A DNA stretch of 64,000 nt, taken from positions 49,848,001 through 49,912,000 of the forward strand of contig NC_086105.1 of NCBI RefSeq assembly GCF_963921235.1, written 5' to 3'. How positions within the stretch are numbered: position 1 is the stretch's first letter; the number at the start of each line of letters is the position of its first letter. This stretch comes from Mobula hypostoma (lineage: Eukaryota). The notes under the pieces are model-generated. The model did not search any database. It saw nothing but the letters and a program-made list of their open reading frames with translations, and was not told where the DNA came from. A program made the translations under genes and the position numbers. Of the stretch, positions 37,831 to 51,569 are shown piece by piece.

Positions 37831-39329
37831 GTCTCCTCCACCCCAGAGCTTTAGGTGCAACACAAACAAGCCTCTCCTTCAACTACCAATCTAGCCACCC
37901 TCTACCCCAATGTCTACTATCTAACCACCACTCTCCAGCTCATTAGCCACCTGGATGATACGTCCAGCTATGACTACTTAACTCATTATTGATTGGACTG
38001 CATCATTAAAAACTTAATACATTTGATGTTATCCTAAAAAGCTGCCCACATCCTAATTTATAACCAGCAAAGTCTCATTCGCTCTCCTTTCTGCTTGCTT
38101 ACACACAGTGACTCCCAGTTAAGCAATGTCATAATTTTAAAATTCTCACTCTTTTCAATTCATGATTAAAGAACAGATTCCTGTTTTAGCTTCATCTGTT
38201 TTGCAGCTTGAGCTCTCATGAGGCAAAGAGAGTTGGCATTGCAAGTGACATGACATGTATTGATCGTGCATGGAGACAGATACAGGTAGAGGCAACATAA
38301 AGACTGGGTTGTGTGGTGACTTAAAACAGTTTAATGCAAATCCAAGACAGTGTGTGATTACATTTCTGCACATATACAATATGCATATGTGAGTGTATAT
38401 ATTCTGATTAGGAGATAAGCAGATTCACCTTGGAGACCGAAAAAATGATCAACAACCAGTGAACTACAAGCTAAACAGTTCACAACAATAGACCCCCTTT
38501 TCTCCCTACAGTTAGTAGTAACAGTTAAAATAACTATATACTCTATAATTTTTCCATTAAAATCTTCTTTTAATTTACAATGCTTCTAATATTAGTTTCA
38601 AGATGAGACCATAAAAATTTCCACTCATTCCTCCTACAACTGAAACAGTTAAGAGTGAGCTCACAACATCTTTTAAAAAACATTTAGTAGCTACGACTGA
38701 GTTTCTGGTTGAATTTTCTTTTTAAACACTCTACAATTCGGTAAAATAAACATTCTCATAACCATATCTAGAATATGGGGCAAAGATATAAATTTCTACA
38801 TTGTACATATAATCCTACAACATCTCACACCTCCCCCCACCCCACACCCTGCACCCATGCCTTTAAAAGACAACAAACCACAGAGCAAAAAGACAGTCCA
38901 CAAAGAAAAACAGAGAAACACTTTGATACACAAACCTACAGAGAATGAATACAGGTAATCAGATAACTTTGACGCCGAACGAGGATGAGATGAGATTCTT
39001 AGTTTAAAATAAAACTCAAAATGTATTTTGGATAAACCAGCACCAAACTTTGGATGTGGGTATTGTCCAATGATTCATGTGACTCCAATAAATGTGCCCC
39101 CGTACTGACAAATGACATTTCTCCTTGTTTCCCCTTTATTCTCCTCTTCTGCTAATTCAGACTGGTGAGATATTTAGAAAGTTATATCAATAAGTGGGAT
39201 CATTTCATATCTACCAGAATCTGAAAAACTTTTAAGTCCATGCACCTGTCAGGAAATTCAAAATGGCATTCTACCGCACATTTTGTCATGGTCAGCAAAA
39301 ATAAAACTCACGTAATAATTGTTTGAGTT

Positions 39330-40770
39330 GGTGGAAATGAAACTTGATTCCTTACTTCACTTAAGAGTTTTAAAGGAAGTGGTTGAAGAGATAATAAACC
39401 CATTGGTTGAATTTTTTCAAAATGCACTAAATTCAAGGAGGGTACCAGAGTGACTTGTTCAAAAAGGGAGAACAGAAGGTGAGAAACTATCAGCCTGTTA
39501 GTTTAGCAGTTATTTTTTGGCAAGATGCTAGAGTCCCTAATCAAACAACTAATTCTTCAGGAAAGCTAAATTTAATCAAATCTAGTCAGCATGTTTATAT
39601 GTAAGGTAATATACATTTGCCAAATTAGCTCAAATTCTTTGAAGATATCATTAGGAACACTTGATAGAGGGGAACCTGTTGATATAGTGTATTTGGATTT
39701 CCAAACGTTATTTGACAACATTACATATACCAGGCTGATAAATGAATGAAAACTAGCTGTCATATAGAAAACAAGGAGTTGGAGTAAGTGCAACTTTTTC
39801 TGGCTGGAGGGGTATAACTACTAGAGTAACCTAGGGGTTCATTCTTGACTTTCAACTGTTAGCTTTCTAACCTGAAGGAGGAAACAAAATATCTAATTTC
39901 CAAATTTGCTGATATAAATAAAGTTGGAAGGGCCTTTTATGATGAAGGCATTATGATTCTGCAAAGGAATACAGATAGATTGGATGAAAACCAGGCAAAT
40001 GGAATTTCATGTGACAAATTGTTGGAGCCATACACTTCAATAAGAAAAATCAAACGTGGATATAATCTAAATGGAGTGAGATTTCAAATGAGTGAAGTTA
40101 AGAGATTTAGATATTTTAGTGCATGAATCAATAAAAAAAAGTTAGTAGGCAGGTCCAACAAATAGTTCACAGGGAAGGCAAACAGCATTTTTTTGCAAAA
40201 GGATTGGAGTTTAAGAATAGGGAGACTTTATTACAGTTGTACAGAGTATTGGTGAGGCCTTACCTGGAAAACTGTGCAGTTTTGATTCCTTTACTTAAGA
40301 AAGGACATAGTAAGCAATCCAAAGAAGATTTACCAAGCTGATTTCTGAGATGAGAGGTCTGTCCTGTCAAGGGAGGTTAGACTGTTTTGATCTGTACTCC
40401 TTTGAGTTTAAAAGAATGAAGGTGACCTTGTTAAAATATACAGAATATTAAAGGGCTTTACAGGGTTGATCTTGAAATGTTCTTATTAGTGAGAGAGCTA
40501 CTAACGAGGGAACATAGCTACAATGTAAGGGACCAGTCATTTAAAACTAAGGTACATAGATTTTCTTTTTGTCTCAGAGTAGTGAGTCTCTAGAATTCTG
40601 TTCCTGACAGTGGTAGAGGCAAGATTGATATATATATTTAAGGTGTAGATAGGTAAAAATTTGAAAGATGGAGGAATTGAGGATTACAGGGAACTGGCAC
40701 AAATGAGACCAGTTTAGATCAACCATGATATGAAATGAAATGGCTGGACAGGCATGAGGAGCCTATTTTC
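39330..40770 (+). mobile_element. Old CR1 RT and 3' end
   Basis: DIVYLDFQ and KFAD remnants, heavily decayed. Confidence 0.7.
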
Positions 40771-41416
40771 TTGTGTTGTTGTATTTACCAAGACATTAAG
40801 GATAAGCAAATTTTTGTTTTGTGTGTGAGAAAATGTTATCTGTGTATTGTAGGTTAATCATTCTAACTTCTCACTTCATTGTTTTCCTGATTATTACTAT
40901 CCTTGGCTGGTTAGAGTGGAAAACCAGTCATCCTCCAACCTGCCTTGGCTGCTGTTTAGCCAGTTCTGTAATAGTAGTGAAACTAAGTGAGAGTATAACT
41001 ATGTGAGTGAATCTGTACAGTGTGTGCATCCTAAAAATAGGTAGTGCAAGAAGCATGAAGTAGACAGGGTATTTAAGCATTGCAGGATAGCAAGGAAGAA
41101 CAGAATGGTGTAACCATACCAGGCTGGACAGTTAAAATTTGGTAGGTCAGTGCAACGTTTGGGGTTTGACATTGTCCTTGCAGGACACAACAGTTTGAGG
41201 AAGGCTGTACAGAGTTCACTTAAACAGTATTGGCATTTTAGGACAGTGCTCGTTACAGTTCACTGTAACCTGGCTACTCCTGGCTAGTTTATATTCTGCA
41301 AAGTGTGAACAAGAACAGAGTCAGGCTTGGTTCTCGTTAAGACTATAACTGAATCAATTCAAAGGATCAAGATTCTCTCCAATGCGTAAAGCAGAATATT
41401 TAATGATGGTACAGAT

Positions 41417-41458
41417 TTTATTGGTGGAGGATACAAACCAATTACTTATAATTTTATT
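41417..41458 (-). terminator. Candidate distal polyadenylation signals (two AATAAA)
   Basis: tttatt on the + strand at 41417-41422 and 41453-41458, near the end of the transposon-free block. Confidence 0.55.
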
Positions 41459-44403
41459 TGAAAATATTGCAAGTGATGGACATTAAACTTTTACTCAAGC
41501 ATCTCAAAATGCAACTATAATATATACCAACTACATTACCAACCACAGTAACCTGCAAGTTTCCTTTTTGTGAATTATACACAATACAATTGTCCTGATT
41601 CATTGATTCTGTTACCTTAACCCTTCTCAATTTCTCACCAGACTCCATTCCTCTGCTTTTTGAAACCATCACACCAATCTCTCTCCTCATCAGCTCAGCT
41701 GCATGAACAATTTATCAACTTCACTATTCTTTCAATTCAGAACTGGAGTTGGTATGTATTATAGATGACAGTAAAGTGCCACTGAGCTTAAAATGTATAT
41801 ACTGTAATGGTTCAATAGTGTGTTTCCCTGATGGCTTAGTAAATTCTGTCAAGGAGTAGGAAATTCCAAGATTTACTTGGAGAACTACTTTGAGCAGGGC
41901 TAATGTTAGGGGCTTTGAAAAAGCCTCTTGGGTCATGATTCAGTTGTTGTTCTTTGTTTCGTTTCCTGGCAAATCCTGTCTCCACAAGTGATTGGCTACT
42001 TGAACAAGACATCAGATTAATCAGCATGACAGCAAAGAACCAGAAGGAAAGGGGGAAAACTGAAACTATTTTGGGAAAGAGGTCCCTTTCCTCCACCACG
42101 ATGTCAAATTTGAGTGCATCTAATTGGGAGCTTAAAAAAACACAGCCAGTTAATATAGTTGCAGGCCTAAATCAACAACTTTTTTTTATATATCTTGGTG
42201 AAGTTTAGTTCAATTGTGTAATAAAAATAATATTTGCACAAAATTAGTACTAGACCTAAATTTGTTATAGCCCAAGGCAGGAACTGTTACAATTTCTGCA
42301 ATCTGGCAGCTAATAAGAAAATCTGAATAGCACTGTGTATAGCTGAAATGCAGCTGCCCCACCCCATAAAGTTTCACACATTTCCGGCTGTGATAAACTT
42401 TATGCTTGAAAACTTCCAGAAAGCTATCAATATGATCAACAAAAAAGCAAAGAAAGTGATAGAATGAGGGAGGATGTAACTCCTGAATTTCTTTGGTGTT
42501 TTTCTTTAGCTTCTCTAAAATCCCAGATTTGTGGTGATTTGGGTCAGTCCTATCGATCATATTCTTGACCGTGTCATCCCCTCCCCCAAACTGATATATC
42601 ACAAACAATCTTCATCTTCATCTCCTGAAAATATAATGAAGGATACAGGAAAAATTTGTATAACACCACAGTTTCTCTTCTGGGTTTCTTTGAGCAACAT
42701 GTGGTTTAGTAAAATGTCCAATAAAATCCATGTCAAACTATGTTTCTTGTCTTCAATCTATATAATCCTACGCATGTGATAGTATCTCCCACATGTGACC
42801 ATGTCCATTTAACAGAATGATGTTCCTATGTGGTTGCCGAAGGGGAGCCTGCATTGGAGAATTGTGGCTAGTTTTTTGTTGTATCTATACTCCTTGCTTG
42901 GCATCAGAGAACTGGTGCAACGTTCTGCTGTATGTATGAAACCCACATTCTTTTGTAAAAGCCATGCATTATTGTCAATATACATGGGAGGTCTTCTGAA
43001 TGAAAGGCACTTTCAGCCGAATTGTAAAGATGCTCAAAACGCACCACTGCCATAGCATTTCACTTGGACGACAAAGCAAAAACGCTACCAGTTCATTTTT
43101 AACAACCAAAGTACAGTGAGCAGCAAAAAAATGTATTGCAAATAAGTCAGTATTATGAAAAGTCAAACATCAAATGGATTCAAGCTACCCAGAAATATCA
43201 GCCACACATTGATCTCAGATGAAATATTTGCATGTGTGATTGGTTAATCCCCATCAGCCCAAACCTGCTATCATCCACTGGCCTTGGAGGGTGCTTGTGG
43301 AGATTGTGGACAAGGGCTTGTGGTTGACACTGAGCAGACTGATGAACATTTGCATCTCAATATGTCTTTAAAAGGTACATGAATAAATTCATTAAACAGA
43401 ATAAAAATTGATTCTCATATGATTTTAAAATTATGCTGTGCAGACAGCTCACTTTACCTGGTACTCAGTAGATTTTTGAGACCCTTCTGGATTTGATGAT
43501 TAGGAACATTTGTTTTCTTCTTTTATATATATATAAATATGTATATACACACAGAACAGATATGGATTCACTCAAATGTATAAATACATCAAAATAGCAG
43601 CAATGCCAGTCATCATTAAACTAAGAAATTACAATCTAAAGAAAAAAAAACAAATTAGGAAATTAGAGTTAGTTACACAAGAGGAGGAACAAGTTTCAGC
43701 TCCCTCCTACTAAAAAGGGTGAAGACAACTTCATAAAATAATCAGTGGTCAAGGGGCAGCAAAGAACATATGATGCAATAAAATGTGGTTTCTTTGGTGA
43801 CAAGAGCCATTTTGTTTTACTATGCATGTTTTACTTGTTCTTTTCTTTGTGTTTCCATCCTTATACTAAACCAACTCTTTTCCCCATCTGGGTTGCAGCT
43901 GGCTGCTGTCAGAAGGCCCAAAATAAGACTCAGCCTTCAGAATGTACATAACTATTGTTGTCACCAGATCATTCAAATTGTGGAAAAGTTCCAATGCACT
44001 TCTTCCTTGGCCAGTTGGAACCCAGCTGATGCAGCTCATGTTGTCCTTTAAAATCACATCTGTGTTCAGAAATACATTCTCTACACTTTCATATTTTTAA
44101 CAGTTATTTGCCCCAAAGCAGTGTTAGATAAGACACTGACCACATGCTCATTGGGAAACAGTTGGAAACAGGTATCATATTCAAATGATCTACACAAATG
44201 AACCCTTTTTTTTACATTTCCTGGTAAAATGGCAAAATGAGAAGTAGTGTTGATCATCAGGACTGTTACATAGTTTTTGAGTGAGACAAGATGTTTCTCA
44301 AGTAGATGTATATGAGTTTTACATTTACCAGGACGGGATAATCTAACTAAAATGAGCATGGATGGCTATCATTAACTATAGATGGCCCTGTAGACGGCAG
44401 ATT

Positions 44404-44409
44404 TTTATT
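44404..44409 (-). terminator. Candidate proximal polyadenylation signal AATAAA
   Basis: tttatt on the + strand about 2.4 kb downstream of the HIPK2 stop, in a U-rich context on the mRNA strand. Confidence 0.4.
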
Positions 44410-46794
44410 GGACAACAGTGCTCCAATAGGAAATAAATACAATGCATGAAACAAATAGCAAGAAATTCAATAGTTCCCTCTAAATTATGTGGAGCTGGTT
44501 GTCATCAGAAGGAAATCCAGAGGCAAGGGAAAATAAAACAAAATCAATAGTCAATCAAAATATTTAAAACAGCAGCTACATTTAAAACCTATCTGACAAG
44601 GAAAAATTGAAATATTCTTTCAAAAATGTCAGTCACAAATTGTGTATTGATCAAGAAAATACTTCTAAAATATCTTCCCAAGAAAAAAGCCTAGTTTAAT
44701 TATGACAATGTACCAGTTAAAAAGATTCCTGTACTTGTATTTCTCATTCTGCCTTTTACTCCCCAAAACACACAAGCACGGACAGAATCACAATGCTTTT
44801 CACCATCAGGTGGTAATCAGAACCACTAATACTCTCTTTCTTTAAACTGTTTCATCCCTCTTGCCTCTGCCTATCAAATCAGTGACTTGTTGAAAATCCC
44901 GTTACAGGAGGCTTAGGCTGACTCAGTCAGGGGAGCCATATGTGGTCTTAATGTTTAGTAAAGGTTGAGCAGGTATAGCAGAACCCTCAGCCCATACCTT
45001 CACATTTGCCAATACATTTGGACAGAATGGGGCTGAGCTGTAATTCCATGTTGAGTGAAACAGCATATCAGTGCTTGCCAATGAAGTTCCAACAGAGTAC
45101 CCAGAAACATCAAACTAACATGCAGTTAAGGAGTTATAGGAACAGGAGTAGGCTAGTTTGCCTATGAGCTTATAGTACCATACAGTTAGGTCTAGGCTCA
45201 TCAATATTGCATGAAATTGGGAGAGCGAGGGAGAAAGATAGCAGGAAATCAAAGTCCTGCTTGGTCAGTATTGTGCACAACAGGAAATAGTCCACTGTTC
45301 TGACATCTACGTGAGTGATGCTGTCAGAGAAAAATAGCAGCAATTTGCTTGCTTCGTTGAAAAAGATGGCTGATATTGGAATGAGACATTGATGCAGCCA
45401 GGGATGAAAAATACTAAGCAGAACTAGTATGGGAGGGTTGAAGTTTATTGGTAATACTGAAATCTGATAATGCAACATAAACTAATCCCAAGACTTTGAG
45501 TGTTTTGGGGTACAGCAACTCTGTGTTACCTCACCTTACATTTTCTTTCTCCCTGATACGACAGGATCAACAATGCTGTAAAGCATTTTACCTGCCAGCA
45601 TCAATTAACTGAAGACAGTTATTGGTTCATTACAATTGATACCTCTAAGAGGAGGACACTGGTGATTTTATCATTGGCAAGAATTTAGATCTATTTTTCG
45701 GGGTGATGGATGTTCCAGAAATAGGCAAATTGATGTACTGTATAGGGGGAAAGGGAAAACCATTAATTAATTCCTCAATTAAATGAAAACTCGATGTACT
45801 TAAAGGGCTAAAAGGTGCATTCTTCTTTGAGACTTTGCTCTTCTACTGATGATGTCGGCCATGGGAAGAGGAATGCAATCGAGTAGGAACCAGTAGAGTT
45901 ATACCATGCGGAGTGGGAGTTCAAGAAAACAAGCATCTGCACGTTCTCTCTGCTTAAACACCACCCAAGTCCCTTTTCAAAGGTACCCTTATCCTGTCCT
46001 CTGGTGGTCTCCTCCAGCTAGTCCTTTCTGCCACCCAAGATCATAATGCCCAAGAGTCACTATTGGGAGACTGTCTCAGTATTGACATTGATCTATATGA
46101 AATCTGGTGGAATTCTCATCCTTTTCTGTAAGGCACTAAAAGGGAATATGTTCAAAACCAATGCCTATGCTAGGAAGCTCTCTGTTAAAGAAACCACAGA
46201 CAAGAATATCAGCACACATGCACACACACATACACACTGGAGCTCTGAACAGACACATCTAGTACGCCTTAAGAACAGAGTTAGGCTGAATCACAGTTGT
46301 GTAATCACAAGTAATATCTATTGGTATCGTGTCACCAAATGATGCTTTCCTTGACTCTCTACATTCTAAGGAGCCCTGGCAACCTTTACCTTCACAAGGA
46401 TGGTTTTATTTAGAAAAGGAAGAGCAGCTCTTTATTTTTCCAAAAAAAAAAGTAAAATTGGGAAAGTCAACAGCTGTAGTACATTTACTGAATTTCACTA
46501 ATAAAATTTCAACCAAACTCTGAGAGTCGTTTCCAGGTTGTAGATCCTTAATCTCCTCCATCCATCCACTATCGACTCCCCTTTGAAGGTCTTCGTCACT
46601 GACCAGTGGTCAATTAACAGACTTAAGTTTTGGTGATTTTTTTTTAAAAAAACAAACTTCTCATAAAAAGATTTGTTTTTCTCATTCTGTGACCAGGCAC
46701 ACTTCCTTCCAGCCCATTTCTGAAGTGCCTTCCCAAATGTGAGATGCATTGTTGCTTGTTTTAATTCAATATAATGTCTTATTGACCTCCAGTC

Positions 46795-47259
46795 TTAAAG
46801 ATAGGGATACTGGTTCACCTTGGTTGGGCTCAGTGGGTATCCTGTGTAGACAGCTGAGGCTGGCGAAGCATTGATGTATGTCTGATGGGCAAACTGGGGT
46901 TGGTACTGACTTGGATGGATGGTTGGAGAAGGCAGTACTCTTGGCCCCATGCCAACGGGCACTTGGTGAACTATTCCCCCAGGATGGGTAGCATAGGCGT
47001 GCCTGGCAGAGCCCTGCGATGTCACAAGGTGAGCCACCGTGCCTGTGGGGCCTAGGGCAGCAGGTGTGGCATAGGTATACAGATGAGGCTGACCCGGTAG
47101 ATGAGCTGCAGCCAAGTGAGGATGCACAGTTGTGTGTGAAGGACTACGATGTGGGAATGAATAAGGAGCCTGTGCAATAGTCGGTGTGATGTAAGCCTGT
47201 TGTCTTCGATGTCCATGGTTTCCACTCCGCTCCGGTATGCTTGTCGCATGTTGCTGAGC
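46795..47259 (-). CDS. HIPK2: HIPK2 terminal coding exon (155 codons including stop), Tyr/His-rich C-terminus
   Basis: [37 protein letters not shown]...[67 protein letters not shown] points to HIPK2 rather than HIPK1/3. Acceptor gctctAG at 47260-47261. Confidence 0.96.
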   Translation of the reverse strand, partial: AQQHATSIPERSGNHGHRRQQAYITPTIAQAPYSFPHRSPSHTTVHPHLAAAHLPGQPHLYTYATPAALGPTGTVAHLVTSQGSARHAYATHPGGIVHQVPVGMGPRVLPSPTIHPSQYQPQFAHQTYINASPASAVYTGYPLSPTKVNQYPYL

Positions 47260-48222
47260 CTAGAGCACACATTCATTGTTAATTGAGACAGAGAGAAACT
47301 TTTGCATATCTTTTCAAGAAATATGACTTTATTTCCAAGATCAATCTTTCCCTCCAATAATAATATAAAGCAGTGATGATAACAGCATTTGAATCTCCTC
47401 ACCCATAAAGAGATCTCTTCATACTCAATCCTCACTTTAAAAGGTACAGAGATTGAAAGTGTGCAGATGTGGATCAGAAGTATTGTGGAGTCAATTGAGC
47501 TTAATCCTCTGTTTACAAATACAGGGATCCAGGCATGTCTATATTTTTCCACACAAGGTTTGACATTTCAGTTATATCTGGTATTTGTGGAGGAATCCCA
47601 GACATAGATCTCTCCAGGCAACCCATGCTTTTCTTTACACTGCAAATGCAGCCAGGAATGCCCAGTTTAACCCTTACTGCACTCTATTCTCTTTTCACAT
47701 CTAAAGGGATTCAGCCACAATCAATGAAAAAATGTAACACACATGAAGATGGTCACAGAGATCAGGAGCACGGGACAAGAAAATGAAGTGAAGCGAAATT
47801 GGGAGTGAGTATCGGATCTGAAGCAAGTGACCAGAGATCAAGGAGAGCAGACAAGGATCAGGAAAGAGCAGATAAGAATAGCTTGCAAGCAAACAGGAAT
47901 TGAGCACGAGTAGCTGTGGATCAGGCATGAGTAGATGGGGAAGATGGGACCAGACAGGAACTGGTAGTAAAGGCTATGTGGATCCAAATTCAGAGATGAG
48001 GAGTAAGCATTTGGGGATTGGGGTGAGCAAACCGCAGTCAGAAACATCACACTGGAATCAAGAACAGGTAGGTATATATTGAGAGTGTGATAAATAGTGA
48101 TTGAATAGGGTTAAAGAGTGAATGGACAGACTGGGAGAGGGAAAAAGGGATTGGGGATGAATAGACCTTGACAGTAACATATACTTTAACTTTGAATGAA
48201 TATAAAAGCATACATTAGGTAC

Positions 48223-48383
48223 CTGACTGAGATTAAGTGGTTGCTGTTGCAAGGAATGGGCCGTTGACCTCTGTTGCCGGTAAGGTGATATCCCCGAGAA
48301 ACTCCCTGAAGAGTGGCTTGTACTAGATGTTACTATGCTGGAGTTTTTGGTTTTGTGTCCCAATGAATGTTGCCCCTGTATAC
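48223..48383 (-). CDS. HIPK2: HIPK2 penultimate coding exon (161 nt)
   Basis: [54 protein letters not shown]; QQQPLNLSQ is typical of HIPKs. Acceptor tttttctttcAG, donor CAG|GTACCT, phases 1/0. Confidence 0.93.
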
Positions 48384-49539
48384 CTGAAAGAAAAATTCAA
48401 CATGAAAAGATGGAATAGCTCTACTACACAGGAGAGAAATCTTAAAATTTAATTTAGTTATATATAGTAAGAAAAAAGCATAAATAATTGGACAATATGT
48501 GCTCCACGTCTAAAACAGGTGTAGCCAATTAGCCTTTGCAATAGATCTCAGATTGATTGGTCTTTCATGAGATGAGCACCAAACTATTAACATATCTGGT
48601 ATATAATCAGAAATTCAAATAATGAAAAGTCATAAATAAAATTTGACTTCAATTAATTTAAAGTTTTAATATGGTTTATTAGCTGAATTGCTTATAGCAA
48701 TGCTAGTTAATCCCATCTGGCAATGCATACTGCAAAGCAAATTATATCCTCTTTACTGTTGAATACCAACTGAAAGATAATCCATTATTTAGCTGCAATT
48801 TAAATTAGTGACCTTGAAAGCCACAAGGTGTGTCAGTTGATGAAAGTTGTTTCTAGATTAACATGTGCTCCTGTAGATCCTGCCTGAGGCAGAGAAAGAC
48901 TAAAATTACCCTTTTTCTTTTCTTTTTATAAAATCAGTTCATAAAATCTTATAGCACAGAAGCAGGACTACCCTGGTGTTTTGAAATAGATGCACAATTA
49001 GGATCACTACCTTGCATTTCTTCAAAGGCTTTCAATTTTTTTTGTCAAGTATTTGGAGCAATTTTATTGGCTCACATTCTCAGGTGTGACTAGTACAAGG
49101 CACAGTACACAGAATGCCAGATTTTGTACATATTTGAATGACATTCATGGTATTATTGAGAACATGGTATATTTTTAAAGAGACAGGCCTGAAATTCTGC
49201 AGCAGCTCAATTGAGAACAGATAGATCTCCTTGTTCTCAATTCCAACGTCAATGGAACTAATTTCTTCAAAGAACTTTCAAGCAAGGCATAGCCAAAGCT
49301 GATGCTGGAGGCCACCTGAGTTGATTAAAAGAGACCGTATTTACTATCTGCAACACTGAGATACTCCTCAGAAACTGCCAATGTCAGCAACCGTCTACAT
49401 TCCTCTGTGTCAATGCATTTTGGAAGTTTAATTGCCAAATTAGTTCTTCTCCGAGTGCCACTGGTGGTCTGTGAATTTCCTGTACGGACTGAGACAATTG
49501 TGTGGGATAGAAGCAGCAAGACGGAAAAGCTGCAGCTAC

Positions 49540-49787
49540 CTGAGACAAGGCGATCACATCCTGCTACAGTATCACTTGACTGTGTCTTGAGGGGAGGGAC
49601 AATGATAGTCCGTGGGTTTCCACCATAGTGGCTGTCCGAGTGTCCTTTGGTCGAGTTGTAGGTGGTGTTGTTGCCAATGGTGTGTCGCTGTCGCACTGCA
49701 CTTGGACTGTTGCTGCTCGAGGAGTCTGAATCTGGCGAGTCATGAACTGTGACACAGCTGATCACATTCTTCCTCTGCTTTGATGAT
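49540..49787 (-). CDS. HIPK2: HIPK2 internal coding exon (248 nt)
   Basis: (R)[28 protein letters not shown]...[27 protein letters not shown]. Acceptor tttttaactccAG, donor G|GTAGCT. Phases 2/1 fit the neighbouring exons. Confidence 0.95.
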
Positions 49788-49879
49788 CTGGAGTTAAAAA
49801 AAGCAAGTGTTTTTTAAAAAATAATCAACTGGAGCAAAATTAACTTTTTATCTACAGCAGCTTATATCCCTTACGAAGG

Positions 49880-50590
49880 GCTTGAGATCATGCGAGCTGC
49901 TGCTTGTGGCAAATGTGGGATAGGGTTAGAGTGCAGGAGCTCAAAGCTTTGGCTCAAGAGTCTTCAGTGAGGGGAGGCAGAGGTGAAGGTAGATTTCCGG
50001 CAACTTGCTTTTATTCTGATTGCACAGGTAGAGCAGTAGAAATGTTACGCAGGATGGTGGAATGCTCCTCTTGTGGGTATGTGACAATACAGGGAGATCT
50101 CTGATGTTCCTGACAACTACACCTGCAAGAAGTACATCCAGCTGCAATTTCTTACAGACTGCATTAGGAGAATGGGGCTGGAGCTGGATGAACTCTAGAT
50201 CATTCAGGAGGCTGAGGGGTTAGTTAATTGACAGGAGATACAAGAAGGTAGGACACAGGTAACTGGGTGACTGTCAGGAGAGGAAAAGGGGATGAGCAGC
50301 CAGTCCAGGGTATGCCTGTGGCCATTTCCCTCAATAACAAGTATATTACTTTGGATACTGTTGGGGGAGGGAGTGGGGATGACAGTAAAGAAAACCACCG
50401 TATTCAGGTCTCTGGCATTGAGTCGAGACCCGTGACTCAGAAGGGAAGGGAAAAGAAGAGGCAAGCAGTAGTGATAGAGGATTCATTGGTTTGGGGAACA
50501 GGTAGGAGGATCTGTGGAAAAAAAATGAGATTCCCAGATGTTATATTGCCTCTCTGATGCCAGGGTTAGGGAGATCGTGGATCGTGTCTG
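49880..50590 (+). mobile_element. CR1 5' part (ORF1 zinc finger and start of SGNH esterase)
   Basis: MVECSSCG, YTCKKYIQ and AVVIEDSLVWG remnants. Confidence 0.7.
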
Positions 50591-51569
50591 TTGGCTAACA
50601 AGGAATTAAAATATGGATTAAAACACCTAACAGGAATCAGTCAGGAGACAGTGGAGGTCGCCATTTTGTGAAACTGTTTAGTAAACTCCACTGAGAACTG
50701 TCCTGTGAACTGGTTTTGCTCTGGAATAGCTGGATCTAAAGTACTAAGCAAAAAATCTTAGGTACATATATATAGCTAGGGTGACCATAGACCTGGAGCA
50801 GAGAGTGTGTTCCTAAATCTGGTGAGAGCAAAAGATGTTGGGAATAACGAGGGTGGAGCGCAACAGGAGGGATGTGGAACAGGTGGCAGAGAAAGAGTTT
50901 TAATCAGTTTTCCAGGTATTCCTGATCAGCTGAAACACTAAATGTTAATTATCATTGAGAATGAACTTTAAACTAAATTAACAGATAGATACCAATTATA
51001 TTGATAGCTGGCATCAAGAGGAACAGGGTGACTTCATGAGTTTCCTTATGGTGATAAACGTGATAGCTGCTTTGTAAAAAGCAGTAAGAATTTTTTAGTT
51101 GCTTGACAAGCTATATTGCCAGACCCTTGGAGACGGTGCCTTATCCTTAAGAGACCTCAAATTGTCTGCTAATCACAGCTATTGTGGATCAAATTTTGTT
51201 TGCTCCCTTCAAGGATATTGTTAGTCAAAGTATTTTATCAATGATGCATCTTATTGCCAATAATTCACCATTTGCAAAATTCAGGGGTAGTTATTTCAAG
51301 GGAATTAAAGGCATGAAGAATTAACAATGGAAAATAACAAAGTGGCAGACCGACATAGGTTATCTATCTGTTGTTATGATAGAAGACACTATTAGTATTC
51401 CAATTATGATGTAAAAAGGGCAAAATATTCAGTCATTGGAGGCAAATTTAAGGGAATGAAGGCTGAGAAATCACCTGAGCCTGGAGAACTGAGCCTAGAC
51501 TGTATGGATACAATAATTCTGTTCTTCCAAAACACCTAAATTCCAGATGATGAAACCTACCCAGATTTT

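Larger units (their letters stand above)
41400..46794 (-). other. HIPK2: Probable long 3' UTR of HIPK2 (~5.4 kb)
   Basis: Directly follows the stop codon, is AU-rich and lacks recognisable LINE/SINE fragments, unlike the flanks. It ends at paired AATAAA hexamers. The distal end is inferred. Confidence 0.65.

Noticed and set aside
47052-47552. 166-aa ORF overlapping the HIPK2 last exon
   Set aside because: Alternative frame spanning intron and exon, with no support for being a protein
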